DNA from: Negaprion brevirostris | Lineage: Eukaryota | DNA: 64,000 bases | NCBI GenBank assembly: GCA_030324005.1 | Contig: JARDVH010000132.1 | Location: 64,061,434 to 64,125,433 of the forward strand | Direction of reading: 5' to 3' | Shown here: positions 62,193-64,000 of the stretch, piece after piece | How the letters are laid out: the number at the start of each line of letters is the position of its first letter | How positions within the stretch are numbered: position 1 is the stretch's first letter | Translations under genes and position numbers: made by a program | The notes under the pieces: generated by a model | What the model was told of the DNA's origin: nothing | Databases searched by the model: none | The model's input: only the letters and a program-made list of their open reading frames with translations

Positions 62193-64000
62193 GGTGTCAA
62201 TCTATGTAAGCTATATTTCAGACATCTCTTCAGATCTGATAAAAAAGACTTAATTACACACAATCCAATTAATACAACATACAACTGAACCCAGACCCTC
62301 AGGCACCTTAACAGTCATAAATCAATTATGCGTAGTTTCTCACAGTTATTATCCTGTAAAATGTTCCAACTAGCAGAACTGAACTACTTAAAAAGGGGGT
62401 TAAAAATAAAATCCATAGATGTTACTTCAGATCAACAATGACCCCTATGTATTAACAATACATAAGGAACATACAAAGCAAACGTGTTAACCTCCTCACT
62501 TAACGTGATCTGATGCCTTCCAAATGCCTTACATACTTGCAAAGTGGTAACAAGTTTGTGCCTGAACCACTTAGCTCAACAATAATGGTTTAAATGATTT
62601 TTACTCCTAAGCTGTCCACCTATGCACAACCTAATGTTTACATATATTATAGGAGCAGCCAGAGTCAACAGGATTTGGAGTGCTCTTACATTTCCTTCAC
62701 CTTTACTTGAGATTTTAATGAAGAAAGATCAAAAATGAATCAAACACATTCAATATCTTCAGGAGTGCAGGGTATGACCCAAGCCTCAAACTTTGACTAG
62801 AGTCTGTCAATTATTTGGGATGTCTGGTTGGCAACAAGGAAACTCTCAGTGTAGAAATCTCCCAGTTTCAACCAAGTTCCCTATGAAGTAGTTGTGTCCC
62901 AAAAAGGATACCACAGAAACTGGCAGAATCAGCTTGGAATCATCAAGTGCTTTGGAAAGACTGACTTTTCATATTGATGTACAGATCAGAAATGAAAGCA
63001 TAAAATTTACACAATTCAAAACACCTAACACACTATGCTCACAAGCATAATATATCCTGCTTGCAGAAGGATAGAAATCTGATATTCTCAAGGGATCTCT
63101 GGGATCCTGTCACAGACCCATATGCCAAGGATATCAAATGAAATATCTTTGCTACTTACAAAGATGAAGTTTGCTGGTTTGCCAGATGCTATTATACTGC
63201 CAGAAACTCAATTCAACTCCTGATGTAAGGGAATGTAAGACATGATTGACTTTGAAAGGGAGACAAATGAGAGGAGCTGATGCCTATTGTACAAGCCCAA
63301 TTTCGGGGCAAAGTGGCAGAATCAGGGTAATGATAATATTTAATTTCGTAGCTGAACAAAGTAACTTCATTATAACTCTTGCAACAATCACTTTGGTCAT
63401 CATTGTGAAATAGTTTCTCAGTGTTTCCTACCTCCTGATAAAATTTTCTAGCAGAAATAAAGAAAAAAAGCTTGCTACGATAAAAATGATACCAATCACT
63501 GCCATTTATTTGAATCAATCACAGAAATATGTTTGCCCTTAAACAACTGGCAAGGATTCAAATTCCTCTCAGAGCTGCCAGTACAACTAGGACACTAAAT
63601 CCAGCTTCACTTTTCATCTGACACACAAACAAACAAAGTGAATGCCAGCAACCAAATACTTGGAAAGCAAATAATACAAGAAAAAAAACAATAACTTTTA
63701 ATATCTAGGCAGCAGCCATAGGATTTCCAAAGACAAAACAATGGGACATTTTTAGGAATGTGCTACTTACTGGGTGGCAACCTATTAATATGTTAATTGG
63801 AATAAAGTTAGTGGGTTTGACGGCTCGTTCACCAGCTCGCCACATGAGAAATGGCGATGCTAGTCATCACCAATATGGCGTGCTGAGCCACCAAGGGTCC
63901 AAGGAACACCACCTCAGCAAAGTGGATCAACTGACCCAAACCTCCTCAGAGTTCCTCTGAGGCCCCTCCCCTTCATACCCCGACTCAGACTCCCCTCCCT

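Overview
Vertebrate nuclear DNA from a gapped draft assembly, almost certainly a cartilaginous fish (shark): it carries HE1-type V-SINEs and the CR1, L2, Rex1/Babar, Penelope and PIF/Harbinger families typical of elasmobranchs. I find no intact protein-coding gene, RNA gene or CRISPR array. The long ORFs in the track are N-gap artefacts or decayed transposon frames. The window is a transposon graveyard: several Harbinger transposase and Myb/SANT relics, MITEs with GGG-initial TIRs, Penelope relics with minimal hammerhead ribozyme motifs, and a Gypsy RT fragment. Two decayed, apparently intronless host-gene copies sit on the + strand, both for coiled-coil trafficking proteins: GRIPAP1-like (about 55.5-56.6 kb) and GOLGA4-like (about 41.4-44.0 kb). 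All family and gene calls come from manual translation and recalled motifs, not database searches, and most boundaries are approximate. I see no convincing evidence of a wholly new biological system. The best leads are the retrocopy pair, a possibly chimeric GRIPAP1 retrogene, one near-intact hammerhead, and a few unexplained repeats and exon-like segments.
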